DNA of 64,000 bases from Planctomycetota bacterium (GTDB lineage: Bacteria; Planctomycetota; PLA2; JAEUHO01). The position numbers were made by a program, and so were the translations under genes. A model generated the notes under the pieces. It did not search any database. It was not told the origin of the DNA and worked only from the letters and a program-made list of their open reading frames with translations. The stretch is taken from assembly GCA_965223505.1 (NCBI GenBank), contig CBDCWP010000038.1:192001-256000 (forward strand), given 5' to 3'. This document shows positions 9,888-19,248 of this stretch, in pieces (position 1 is the first letter of the stretch; each line of letters starts with the position of its first letter).

Positions 9888-10886
9888 CTACTTGATCTTC
9901 TCGTCCACCCACGGCGGCTTGTTCGCCTTCTTGTGGTCGCGGAACCAATCCTTGAAGCCCGCCATCGTGCTGTACGCCTGGCCGTCCGCATCCGTCGGCT
10001 CGCCTGCGTAGTGCTGGACGACCTTGATCGCGTCGACGCGGATCTTGTCCCAGAACTCCTTCGTCGCCTGGACCTTCGTGTCCGTCGTGTTCTGCGACGC
10101 CGTGTTCTCCGTCGCCTGGTAGATCTTGATGAACTCCTCGGTCACCGCGTAGCGCGTCTTGCCGGGCACGTTCGTGAACAGGACCATCGCCTTGTGAGCC
10201 GCAATCAGGCGGTCCACCTCGTTCGGCGAGTTCTTCGTGTGAACGAAGTTGTCGAGCATCCACTTCAGACCGGCCGGGTGGTTCAGCTTGCCGATCGCCG
10301 CGAACGCCATCTCGAGGTGGTCCGTGCTCACCTGGTACTTGGCCTTGCGCAGGCCGTCGAGCGCCTTGGCGATCTTGTCGCTGAGCTTCTTGCGCTTCTT
10401 CTCGTCGTCCGCAATCACCTTGAGCTGCGCGATGTCGCCCAGGATCTTCGCCGCGCGAATACAGACGTCGTCGCGGATGTTGGTCTCGGCCCGGATCTTC
10501 TGCAGTGTGAGCGCCTTGAAGAACAGCTTCTCCGCCTTCTTGGCGTGATCGGCCTCCTGCTTCTCCACCTTGTCCAACGCGGCCTTGTAGTCCTTCATCG
10601 CGGCGGCGTGCGCGGCCTTCGCCTCCTCGTCGGCGTCATCCGCGATATCGGCCGGCTTCTCGGGCTTGGCGAAGTTGTAGTAGGCCTTGAACGCGACATC
10701 GAGGTACTGCAGCAGATCCTCGTTCGTGATCTTCTTGCTCTTGATGTCGGAGGAGAGCTGGTCGAGGTCCTTGCCGGCCTCGGCGGGATCCACCGGAGGG
10801 CCCTGGTCGACGGCCGCCATGGCCGCGGGCGCGCTCAACAGGAGCAGCGGAACGATCAGCAAGATGAGCCATCGCAGATGCGGCAT
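9888..10886 (-). CDS. secreted alpha-helical hypothetical protein (K/A/D/E-rich)
   Basis: GGAGG SD before ATG, signal peptide MPHLRWLILLIVPLLLLSAPAAMA, strongly biased codons. Confidence 0.85.
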   Translation of the reverse strand: MPHLRWLILLIVPLLLLSAPAAMAAVDQGPPVDPAEAGKDLDQLSSDIKSKKITNEDLLQYLDVAFKAYYNFAKPEKPADIADDADEEAKAAHAAAMKDYKAALDKVEKQEADHAKKAEKLFFKALTLQKIRAETNIRDDVCIRAAKILGDIAQLKVIADDEKKRKKLSDKIAKALDGLRKAKYQVSTDHLEMAFAAIGKLNHPAGLKWMLDNFVHTKNSPNEVDRLIAAHKAMVLFTNVPGKTRYAVTEEFIKIYQATENTASQNTTDTKVQATKEFWDKIRVDAIKVVQHYAGEPTDADGQAYSTMAGFKDWFRDHKKANKPPWVDEKIK

Positions 10887-11101
10887 GGCAACCTCCGTCG
10901 AATTCGAGTGGACCCGCATTGTAACGAACGCGACCCGCTTGCGGGCCGGGGCGCCCCAAACGGGACCGGATTCCCGCACGAGGGACACGAATCGGTCGTC
11001 GTGTCCCCGTCCGGAGACACGTTTCGGCCTGAATCGGGCGTGTCCGTTGGAAAGAGCAAACCCCCTGCCGGGCGAGGGGAGCGCGTCTCTACAATCCCGC
11101 G

Positions 11102-12472
11102 GTGCCCGCTTCGCGTCCCCCGCTCGTTCGTGTCGTACGCAGCGCGCGCGGTCTGCCGTCGCCGACGGAGGTCCTGCGTCGGCTCGCGCGGCGGCCGCAC
11201 CCGTTCCTGCGGCTGGTCGCCGGACCGGGCTTTCGTGGCACGCCGTGGTCCTTCATCGCCTCGGACCCGGTTGATCGCATCCGCACCACGCCCCGCGGGC
11301 GTATGACGCCGCTCTCGGCTCAGCTGGGGGCGCTGCGGCCCGTGAGGATCGAGCGCGAGGGCCCCGCGATGCCGTTTGCAGGCGGCTGGGCCGGGTGGAT
11401 CGGCTACGAGGCGCGCAGCGGCGTCGAGAGGCGGCCGCCGCCGCGCAGCGCGCCGCTGGCCTTCCCCAACATCTGGCTCGGCCGCTACGACGCCGTGCTC
11501 GGCTGGAACCACGCGACCGGCAAGGCCTTCGTCGCCGGCTCGGGCGCCACCTGGGCGGCGGCTCGGCGCGCCGCGGACGCGCTGGTCGCGCGCGCGCGGA
11601 AGCAAGGACGCTGTGCGTCGAACGGCTGCTCGCTGGCCACGCCTCGCGCCCAGCGCGAGCCGGCGCAGTTTCGCCGCGCCGTCACCCGCGCGCGCAACGC
11701 GGTGCTTCGCGGCGACATCTTCCAAGCCAACGTCTCCCAGCGGTTCGACGCGCGGGCAGGCGGCGATCCCGTGTCGATGTTCGAGCGCCTGGTCGCGTCG
11801 CAGCCCGCACCGTACATGACCTACTGCGACGGCGGCGACGGACGTGTCGTGCTCTCCGCGAGCCCGGAGCGGTTCTTGCGCGTGCGCGGACGTGTCGCCG
11901 AGACCGATCCGATGAAGGGCACGCGGCCGCGCGGCGCGACGCGAGGCGAGGACGCGGCGCTTCGCAGGGCGCTCGAGGAAAGCGAGAAGGAGCGCGCCGA
12001 GCTGGCGATGATCGTCGACCTCTCGCGCAACGACCTCGCGCGCGTCTGCGCGCCGGGAAGCGTTCGCGTCACCGTGGCACGGCGCCTGCTGCGTTTCGCG
12101 CGCGTGCACCAGGCGATCGCCGTGGTGCGCGGACGGCTGCCGGCGGACCGCGACCGCGTGGATCTCCTGGAAGCGGCGTTCCCGCCGGGCAGCGTGACGG
12201 GCGCACCGAAGGTGCGCGCCATGGAGATCATCGACGATCTCGAGGGCGAAGGCCGCGGCCCCTACTGCGGCGCGCTCGGCTGGTTCGACGACGGCGGCGA
12301 CATGGATCTCGCGGTCGCCATCCGCACGATCTTGTTCTCCGGCCGCACGGCGTCGTACCGCGTCGGCGCGGGCATCACGCTGCGCTCCGATCCGCACGAC
12401 GAGTGGCGGGAGACGCTCGACAAGGGTCGTGGGCTCTTCGCAGCGCTGAGCGGTCACGAGGACGACGCATGA
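11102..12472 (+). CDS. pabB: aminodeoxychorismate synthase component I / anthranilate synthase component I family
   Basis: GWIGYE, GDIFQANVSQRF, SASPERFL, PMKGTRPR, ELAMIVDLSRNDL, FPPGSVTGAPK, RGPYCG, AIRT. Confidence 0.88.
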   Translation: MPASRPPLVRVVRSARGLPSPTEVLRRLARRPHPFLRLVAGPGFRGTPWSFIASDPVDRIRTTPRGRMTPLSAQLGALRPVRIEREGPAMPFAGGWAGWIGYEARSGVERRPPPRSAPLAFPNIWLGRYDAVLGWNHATGKAFVAGSGATWAAARRAADALVARARKQGRCASNGCSLATPRAQREPAQFRRAVTRARNAVLRGDIFQANVSQRFDARAGGDPVSMFERLVASQPAPYMTYCDGGDGRVVLSASPERFLRVRGRVAETDPMKGTRPRGATRGEDAALRRALEESEKERAELAMIVDLSRNDLARVCAPGSVRVTVARRLLRFARVHQAIAVVRGRLPADRDRVDLLEAAFPPGSVTGAPKVRAMEIIDDLEGEGRGPYCGALGWFDDGGDMDLAVAIRTILFSGRTASYRVGAGITLRSDPHDEWRETLDKGRGLFAALSGHEDDA

Positions 12473-13389
12473 GCGCCCGCCGGCTGCTCCTGCAGGACGT
12501 CGAGGCGTTTCTCTATCACATCGAGACGGTGCGCAACCTCTCGGACCACACGGTGCGCGCCTACGCGGGTGACTTGATGGAGGTGGCGACGGCGCTCGAA
12601 GACATGGGCTGCAAGACGGCGCGCAAGGTGGACCTGTTCACCCTGCGCCGCTACCTCGCGACGCTGCGCGACCGCAAGCTGTCGGCACGCACCGTCGCGC
12701 GCAAGATCAGCGCGATCCGCGCGCTGTTCAAGTGGCTCTCGGCGGCGGGCAAGCTCGAAGGCAACCCGGCCGAGGGCCTGCGCCTGCCGCGCCGCCGGCG
12801 CGGGCTCCCGCGCGTGCTGACGGCGGCGCAGGTTGCCGAGCTCTTGACCGCGCCGCCGCCCGACGGTTGGGCGGGCCGGCGCGACCGGGCGATCCTGGAG
12901 ACGCTGTACAGCACGGGCGCGCGCGTCTCCGAGCTGGCCGGCATGAACGTCGCCGATCTCGACCTGGCGGACGGGACCGTGTTGCTGCGCGGGAAGGGCC
13001 GCAAGGAGCGCATCGCGGGGCTGGGCGGGCCGTGCCTCGAAGCCCTGGACGCGTACCTGGAGGCGGTCGCCGCCCAGCGGGTTCGAAGGGAACGCGAGGC
13101 GGTGTTTCTGAACCGCTATGGGACGCGCCTGAGCACGCGCAGCATCGCGCGCATGCTCGACAAGTACGTCGCGCAGGCCGGACTGCCCGCGCACGTCAGT
13201 CCGCATACCCTGCGACACTCGTTCGCGACGCACATCCTCGAGGCGGGCGCCAACCTTCGCGAGGTACAAGAGCTCCTGGGACACCGCAACGTGGCCAGCA
13301 CGCAGATCTACACGCACCTGACGCTCGATCACCTGAAGCGGGTCTACGAGCGCGCCCATCCGCGGGCGGGAAAGACGTCGCGCCGATGA
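12469..13389 (+). CDS. xerC: tyrosine recombinase XerC/XerD type
   Basis: LYSTGARVSE, GKGRKER, SPHTLRHSFATH, VQELLGH, STQIYTH; catalytic R-K-H-R-H-Y intact. Confidence 0.9.
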   Translation: MSARRLLLQDVEAFLYHIETVRNLSDHTVRAYAGDLMEVATALEDMGCKTARKVDLFTLRRYLATLRDRKLSARTVARKISAIRALFKWLSAAGKLEGNPAEGLRLPRRRRGLPRVLTAAQVAELLTAPPPDGWAGRRDRAILETLYSTGARVSELAGMNVADLDLADGTVLLRGKGRKERIAGLGGPCLEALDAYLEAVAAQRVRREREAVFLNRYGTRLSTRSIARMLDKYVAQAGLPAHVSPHTLRHSFATHILEAGANLREVQELLGHRNVASTQIYTHLTLDHLKRVYERAHPRAGKTSRR

Positions 13390-14504
13390 GAGCTCCGCCG
13401 GTCGAGTACGTGGAGGGCGGCACGCCCCGACCGAGCCGGATCAAGTGGCTGTTCTTCCTCGCGTGGGTGATCGTCTACCTGCTCGCCATGTGGCAGTCGA
13501 GCTGGCAGTGGTCGTCGCACCACTGGCCTGCGTTCGGCAGTCCGCGGCCGGACGTCTTGAACCGCTTCGGCGCCGCCGCCCCCACGCTCGTGCACACGGG
13601 CGACTGGCACCGGCTGTTCCTCGACGTCTTCATCGAGGTGAACCTGATCGGGCTGTTGTTCACGCTCTGGATCTGGACCGGTTTCGCGTCGCTGATGATC
13701 ACGCTTTGGGGACCGGGGCGCACGTGGGTCGTCTTCGTCGCCGGCGGCGCCGGCGCCGCCCTCGCCCACGCGCTCGCCAACCCGGAGCTTCCGATCGCCG
13801 GCGCGGGCCCGACGGGCTGCATCATGGCGGCGCTCGGCGCGTTCGCCGTATGGGGCTTCGCGAACCGGGGACCGATGGCCAAGAAGGTCCGCAAGATGGT
13901 CATCGGCTACTTCATCTTCATGGCGATCCTGTCGGCCGTCTTTTCCCTCTATCAGACCGGCGAGGTCACCGCGTCGGGCTTCCACTACGCCGGCCTGCTC
14001 GGTGGGTTCGGCGCGGGCATCGTTTGCTTGTTCGTGCTGGGTCCGCGACGGGCGAGCTCGGATCCCGGCGTGCTGTCGCGCGCGCTGTGCGTCGTAGCGT
14101 CCACCGCAGTCGTCATCTCGTTCGTCATCCAGGCGCCGCGCGCGGTGTCCGGCGCGGCGCCCAACCACGTCGAGGACTACTTCAAGCAGCTGGCGCGCAT
14201 CGAGCGTCTTGCGTACCGCCTGTACCAGAACCCGCGCGACTCCACGCCCTTGAAGCGGATCGAATTGCGCGACTCGATCAACGCCGTCAAGGAGCTCGAG
14301 TGGATCGAAGACTGGGAAGGGCGCGACGCGTTGTTTGCCTACTTCGAGACGCTGCTCCCCATCGCCCGCAACGACGTCGCCGACCCGCACGGAACGCTGA
14401 TGCGGATTCGGAGCGCGTACGTCGTCTATCTCTCGCAAGAGGAGCGATTGCGAGCGGAGTACGCCGTCCAGAAACGGGCCGTCGAGTACTGGACCTTGCC
14501 GTGA
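13386..14504 (+). CDS. rhomboid-fold membrane protein, apparently catalytically dead, with C-terminal helical domain
   Basis: FGA...GDWHRLF, WGPGRTWVVFVAGG, AGPTG (for GASG), GLLGGF (for AHLGG); 6-7 TM segments. Confidence 0.75.
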   Translation: MRAPPVEYVEGGTPRPSRIKWLFFLAWVIVYLLAMWQSSWQWSSHHWPAFGSPRPDVLNRFGAAAPTLVHTGDWHRLFLDVFIEVNLIGLLFTLWIWTGFASLMITLWGPGRTWVVFVAGGAGAALAHALANPELPIAGAGPTGCIMAALGAFAVWGFANRGPMAKKVRKMVIGYFIFMAILSAVFSLYQTGEVTASGFHYAGLLGGFGAGIVCLFVLGPRRASSDPGVLSRALCVVASTAVVISFVIQAPRAVSGAAPNHVEDYFKQLARIERLAYRLYQNPRDSTPLKRIELRDSINAVKELEWIEDWEGRDALFAYFETLLPIARNDVADPHGTLMRIRSAYVVYLSQEERLRAEYAVQKRAVEYWTLP

Positions 14505-15208
14505 GGGACGGGTCGGCGATTCGGGTGGTGCGCACGCGCCGCGGCGCGCGGCTCGTTCAGGACGGGCTCATCGTGAGCGAGGTGCTGCGGCGGCCCGGCG
14601 CGACGGACACGCTGTTCGACGTGCTGGCCGCCTCGATCGCCGCGCTCGCCCCGGGCCCGAAGGTCGCGATGCTCGGCTTCGCCGCCGGCGGGATCGTCGC
14701 GCCCCTGCGCGCGATGGGATTCGGACACCCGCTCGTCGGGGTCGATCTCTCGGTCGACGGCGAAGCGCTCTTTCGCGAGCTCTCCTCCCCGTGGTGCGGC
14801 GACGTCAAGCTCACGTGCGCGGACGCCGCCCGGTGGCTACGGCGCGGGACGACGAAGTTCGATCTGATCCTGGAGGACCTCTCCGCGGACACCGTACGCG
14901 GCGTGACGAAACCCGCGGTCAGCCTCGGACCGCTGCCCGCGCTGATGCGCTCGCGGCTCGCGCCGGGCGGCATCGCGGTCACGAACGTGTTGCCGGTTCC
15001 GGGCATGCCGTTCACGCGGCTGCTCCCCCATCTGGCGCGTCCCTTCCGACACGCTCGTGCCGTCGTGCTCGACGAGTGGGAGAACCGAGTCTTGATCGCC
15101 GGTCGCGCGCCGCCGGCGGCGCGCGAGATCTCGCGTGCGCTGCGACGGCATCTCGAGGCGATCGGGTCGTCGGAGGCGGGGAAGCTCCGCGTGCGGACGA
15201 TTCGGTAG
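14501..15208 (+). CDS. class I SAM-dependent methyltransferase / spermidine-synthase-like protein
   Basis: MLGFAAGG motif I, VGVDLS, ADAARWL, FDLILEDL, LAPGGIAVTN; GTGA overlap with upstream gene. Confidence 0.78.
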   Translation: MRDGSAIRVVRTRRGARLVQDGLIVSEVLRRPGATDTLFDVLAASIAALAPGPKVAMLGFAAGGIVAPLRAMGFGHPLVGVDLSVDGEALFRELSSPWCGDVKLTCADAARWLRRGTTKFDLILEDLSADTVRGVTKPAVSLGPLPALMRSRLAPGGIAVTNVLPVPGMPFTRLLPHLARPFRHARAVVLDEWENRVLIAGRAPPAAREISRALRRHLEAIGSSEAGKLRVRTIR

Positions 15209-15216
15209 CGGCGCCG

Positions 15217-16584
15217 CTACTTGGACTGACGCAGCTCGATCCAGCGGCCGGCGGCGCCGCGCTGCGCGCCCACACCCCACGGCCCGGACAGGTCGTGATG
15301 GGCGGGAATCTCGACGGTTCCCAGCGACGTACCCGCCACCGACACCGTGAGCTTCCGGTCTTCGATGCGCGCTTCGATCTCGAAGGGCGCGCCGCGCGCG
15401 ACGGCGGGGCACTTCGCGCCCAACAGGTTGTTCCACTTGCCGCCGTCCGCGCTTTGGAAGTCGAAGACGTTGACGCCGTAGTCCGCCGTGAAGGCGATCG
15501 ACACGAAGCCGGCGTCGCTGCGTGCGAGCAACAGGTTCATCTGCTTGCCGTAGCTCGGGAGGATCTCCAATCGGCCGCCGACGCGGTACGGCGGCGCGCC
15601 GGCGCGCTGCGTGCGCCAGGCGACGGCATTCGAGCTCGGGAACGCGTACTGCCGCCACGTCGTGCCTTGCGCGTCGAGCGAGCGGATCACCTCGTCCCAG
15701 GCGGGCTTCTGCTCCTCGAGCCACGCGTGCCACTCTTCGTCGAGTCCTTCGTAGCGCTTTTTGCCGAACGCCTTCTCGACCTGCTCGCGCACACGCTTGG
15801 TGAAGTCGCTCCCGCCCCCCATGCGCCGAATGGCCTTGCGCACCTTGTCGAGCTTCTTGCGATGCGCGTCTGTCGCGAGCCACTCGAACAACACGCGCTT
15901 GACGGCGTACAGCTCGTTGAAGCCGAGGTCCGCACGCTCGTCTCGGAAGAGCGCATCGACGGCCGGCAGCTTGCCGTCCTTCAGGAGACGCTGCACGCGC
16001 AGATAGGACTTGCCGCTCATCGGGTCTTCCATCAATCCGTCGATGAGGTCCAGCGTCTTCAACGCCTCGTACTTCAGGAATTGACCGGCGCCGTCGCCGA
16101 ACCAGTCGGGGTGATCCTCGAAGTTGGGCATGTTGTCGAAGCGCACGAGGTGCGCGGCTTCGTGTGCGAGCAGATTGCGGGTTTGCAGCGGCAGGCCGTG
16201 GGCGTCGAGCACCTCGTCGCTGACCTCGGGCTGCATCGCGACGTGCGCGGACTTCGTGGCGAAGTGCGCGAATGCCAGATTGCGCTTGAACGCGCCTTTG
16301 GTGAGGCCTTGCTCGGCCGCTTCGTAGTCGGCCGTGTCGCGATAGAGATTGATGACGAGCGGCTTGTCGGGACGGCGGCTGCCGAGTCCGTAGAGCGCGG
16401 CGGCCTCCTTCCAGAGCGCCTCGACGGTGGCGAGCGCTTCGTCGGCGCAGCGCGGCGACTCGAAGTGGCAGACCACCTCGAAGTGGTCGCCGGTGCGAAC
16501 GGTGGTCTCGCCGTCTTCGGCGAGGACGGTGCCATGTAGCGTGGCCAGGACGAGGAAACTCGTGACGAGGGTGGTGCGCTTCAT
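15217..16584 (-). CDS. secreted protein with HExxH zinc-peptidase-like motif and beta-sandwich C-domain
   Basis: Signal peptide ending VLA-E; LAHEAAHL followed by PDWFGDG. Confidence 0.75.
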   Translation of the reverse strand: MKRTTLVTSFLVLATLHGTVLAEDGETTVRTGDHFEVVCHFESPRCADEALATVEALWKEAAALYGLGSRRPDKPLVINLYRDTADYEAAEQGLTKGAFKRNLAFAHFATKSAHVAMQPEVSDEVLDAHGLPLQTRNLLAHEAAHLVRFDNMPNFEDHPDWFGDGAGQFLKYEALKTLDLIDGLMEDPMSGKSYLRVQRLLKDGKLPAVDALFRDERADLGFNELYAVKRVLFEWLATDAHRKKLDKVRKAIRRMGGGSDFTKRVREQVEKAFGKKRYEGLDEEWHAWLEEQKPAWDEVIRSLDAQGTTWRQYAFPSSNAVAWRTQRAGAPPYRVGGRLEILPSYGKQMNLLLARSDAGFVSIAFTADYGVNVFDFQSADGGKWNNLLGAKCPAVARGAPFEIEARIEDRKLTVSVAGTSLGTVEIPAHHDLSGPWGVGAQRGAAGRWIELRQSK

Positions 16585-16671
16585 GCCGGAAGAGTACGGG
16601 GGGACTCAGATCCGTTGTTAGGGACGTGACGACCTTTGCGCGGTCAAACTCCGGCCTGGTAGAACAGCCGC

Positions 16672-17073
16672 ATGGACGGTGTGATTAGCGAGTGTTCGTG
16701 CGGTCATCAGTTCTCCACGGGACGCGAGCACGCAGGACGTCACTTCAAGTGCAGGCACTGCGGCGCCGAGCTCGTCGTTCCGATGCCCGATGACGCGACA
16801 GGCGAGGATGCCGTGGTTTGGATTCGCAACGCGCGCAACGGCGGTGCTACTCGAGGCGCCATTCGATCGCAGCTTCACACGTGGGGTGCGGACTCGAACG
16901 AGACGGCCCTGCTGATGGATGAGGCGTTGGGCGCGTCGAAAGCCGTCGTGATTCGTGAAGAGAGGGCTGCTGCCGCGAAGAAGGCGCTGATCATCGGCAT
17001 CGTCGTGTTCGTCGCCTTCAATATCCTCGCGCACATCCTCGACCTTCCGTTCCGGATCGGATTCGGTCGATAG
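16672..17073 (+). CDS. hypothetical zinc-ribbon protein with C-terminal TM helix
   Basis: CSCG...CRHCG near N-terminus; hydrophobic C-terminus. Confidence 0.7.
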   Translation: MDGVISECSCGHQFSTGREHAGRHFKCRHCGAELVVPMPDDATGEDAVVWIRNARNGGATRGAIRSQLHTWGADSNETALLMDEALGASKAVVIREERAAAAKKALIIGIVVFVAFNILAHILDLPFRIGFGR

Positions 17074-17085
17074 GCTGCGCTCCTC

Positions 17086-17904
17086 CTACTCGCGCATGAG
17101 TCGTTGCCGGCGCGCGAGCCGGGACGCGTGGACTTCGGCGTGCCTGGCCTTCGCTCTCTCCCTCGCGACATACCAGGCAATCGCGCCGCAGGTCCCTGCG
17201 ACGAACATCAGGATGCCGATCCACATGGTCTTTCGACTCTTCTCCGGTGGGACACGTCCCTCATGGAAGATCCAACAGCTGGAGATCTTGGCGTCCGGAA
17301 ACGTCTCTCGGAGAAGCTCGCGCTGTGAGCTAGAGATCGGGTCGATCTCGTTGATCACCAGCCCGCGCAGCGTGTCTTTCGACAAGAGTCTCTCGAGGCT
17401 GCCCTCACTGGAGACCGTCGTCGACTTCAGAACGACATTGAAGTCCTTGGGCGTAGGCGCCTCCTCACCGTCGTTCAGCTCCGCCATCATCTGGTCGTAG
17501 GCGCCGCCCCGTGGCACGAGCGGAATCAACACCGTCTCCCAGACATCGACGGACGCCGTGAGCTTCCGGCCCTCGTACGCGTATTCCAAGGTGCCCGAGA
17601 ATTCGCTCAGCTCCACGTGCGCGTTCGACCCGGGTCCGTTGGTCGCAAGCTCTTCTAGTGTCATCTTCTGGGCCGTCGGCAACGCCAAGGAAGCTTGCTT
17701 CGAGTCTTTGTAGCCCATGTAGGCCACCACGACGCCGCCGACGATCATCCCGGCGACGAGCCCCACCACCTTCTGACCGATGTACCCGCCGAGAGGGTTG
17801 GTCGACTCGCTGCTTCGCCGGAGGCTTCGACGAACGGGCGCGGCTGGCCGAGCCGGCGGTTGAGAGGTCCTCCAAGACTTCTGCCGTCGGCGCCCCTGAG
17901 CCAT
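17086..17904 (-). CDS. hypothetical membrane protein (two TM segments flanking a soluble domain)
   Basis: ORF with two hydrophobic helices; ATG 6 nt after TACGGT. Confidence 0.7.
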   Translation of the reverse strand: MAQGRRRQKSWRTSQPPARPAAPVRRSLRRSSESTNPLGGYIGQKVVGLVAGMIVGGVVVAYMGYKDSKQASLALPTAQKMTLEELATNGPGSNAHVELSEFSGTLEYAYEGRKLTASVDVWETVLIPLVPRGGAYDQMMAELNDGEEAPTPKDFNVVLKSTTVSSEGSLERLLSKDTLRGLVINEIDPISSSQRELLRETFPDAKISSCWIFHEGRVPPEKSRKTMWIGILMFVAGTCGAIAWYVARERAKARHAEVHASRLARRQRLMRE

Positions 17905-17934
17905 GGGACCACCGTATCGGTTACGGGGGGAGGG

Positions 17935-18012
17935 TGGTACCCCCAACGGGATTTGAACCCGTGTCTCCGGCTTGAAAGGCCGGTGTCCTAGGCCAGGCTG
18001 GACGATAGGGGC
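17935..18012 (-). tRNA. tRNA-Glu (anticodon TTC), CCA encoded
   Basis: Reverse complement GCCCCTATCGTCCAGCCTGGCCTAGGACACCGGCCTTTCAAGCCGGAGACACGGGTTCAAATCCCGTTGGGGGTACCA folds as a cloverleaf; anticodon stem CCGGC/GCCGG, T-loop TTCAAAT. Confidence 0.97.
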
Positions 18013-18096
18013 ACGCTTCGAACGCCTCGAAAGCGCGCAGAGTCTACAGCGCCTCCCGCCGGCCGGGCAGCCGTGCGCGGGAGTCGCATCCGGACC

Positions 18097-19173
18097 TCAC
18101 TGCACCGGACGGAACTGCCGGTTCAGGTGGTCCCGCCAGCGGTCCACGTTCTTCCCGACCGCCCGCCAGTCGACGGGCTTGACGCGGAAGTCCTGGCCGG
18201 GGCGCTTCACGTGCGGCGCGTCGTACTCGACCGTCGCGCGAACCGGCATCTGGGCCGACGCACTTTCCGCCAGCATGGTCTCGACCGGCTCGGACGCGAG
18301 CCAGCGCATGAACCGATCGGCAGCCGACGCGCGCTTCGCCCCCTTCAAGATCGCCGCCGTGTTCGGGATGATCACGGTGCCGGGCTGCTCGGGGGCCTGG
18401 TCCGGGTAGACGACCACGACCGGATCCCCGCGCTTGATCGCGATCCAGGCATCGTCGGTGTCCGTCAAGCCGAAGGCGACCTTCTGCTCGGCGTCACTCA
18501 CGGCGCGCATCACGCGCCCGTTGGACGCGACGACCTTCATCAGTCCGCTGTTCATCGCCTCGGCGCAGCGGTCGAAGAACGCCTTGCCGGCGGCCTCGTC
18601 CTCCGTCAGCAGCGCGACCGCGTGGGTGTAGGTCGTTCCGGTGAGCGGGGCGGCCATGCAGGTGTGCAGCCCCATCGCCTTCCACTTCGGGTCGTAGAGG
18701 TCCTGGACCGATGTCGGGTATTGCTCCGGCGTCAACAGCTCCGTGTTGACGAGCAGTACGCGCGCCCGGGCGCCGAATTGGATGAACTGCGCGTCGGGAT
18801 CGCGCCACTGCTCAGGAAACGCCTCGACGACGTCGGCCGGCAACGTCGCGAACAGCCCGAGGTCGGCCAGGTGCGCCATGTGCATGATCTCGTTCGACCA
18901 GTAGACGTCGGCACGCGGGTTGTCGCGTTCGCGCAGAAGCTTCTGCGGAAGCCCGATGCTTCGAAACGCCTCGCTCTCGCCGTGAAAGTCGACCTTGAGC
19001 CCGCTCTCGTTCTCGAAGTACTTGATCGTCAACCGGCTCTGGTCCTGATCGACGCCGCAGTAGAGCACCAGATCCGGTTCGCTCTCCGGCCAGAAGAACC
19101 AGACGAGACACGCCACCAGCAGCACGACGCCGATGGCGACGAGATTCTGGAATCGCACGATGCCCGCACTCAC
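18097..19173 (-). CDS. ABC transporter substrate-binding protein, Fe3+/AfuA-like family
   Basis: LVLYC, NPRADVYWSNE, RARVLLVNT, FGLTDTDDA, VVYPDQ, IPNTAAILKG; N-terminal hydrophobic anchor; GTG start inferred. Confidence 0.85.
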   Translation of the reverse strand: MSAGIVRFQNLVAIGVVLLVACLVWFFWPESEPDLVLYCGVDQDQSRLTIKYFENESGLKVDFHGESEAFRSIGLPQKLLRERDNPRADVYWSNEIMHMAHLADLGLFATLPADVVEAFPEQWRDPDAQFIQFGARARVLLVNTELLTPEQYPTSVQDLYDPKWKAMGLHTCMAAPLTGTTYTHAVALLTEDEAAGKAFFDRCAEAMNSGLMKVVASNGRVMRAVSDAEQKVAFGLTDTDDAWIAIKRGDPVVVVYPDQAPEQPGTVIIPNTAAILKGAKRASAADRFMRWLASEPVETMLAESASAQMPVRATVEYDAPHVKRPGQDFRVKPVDWRAVGKNVDRWRDHLNRQFRPVQ

Positions 19174-19199
19174 CTGACCCCCTCTCGTCGATCCAATTG

Positions 19200-19236
19200 T
19201 GTATCCGTTCGGTAACACCGTAACGGATCCGATACG
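19200..19236. promoter_or_regulatory. two 18-bp imperfect palindromic boxes (TGT-N12-ACA and CGT-N12-ACG), candidate regulator sites
   Basis: TGTATCCGTTCGGTAACA (19200-19217) and CGTAACGGATCCGATACG (19219-19236) upstream of the binding-protein gene. Confidence 0.5.
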
Positions 19237-19248
19237 AAACGGACAGGC

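Noticed and set aside
12469..13389. dif site near xerC
   Set aside because: No AT-rich 28-bp dif-like sequence was seen in the window.
12469..17935. Integrative element between the recombinase and tRNA-Glu
   Set aside because: The recombinase is XerC-like and coupled within a housekeeping operon; I found no duplicate of the tRNA 3' end and no mobility genes.
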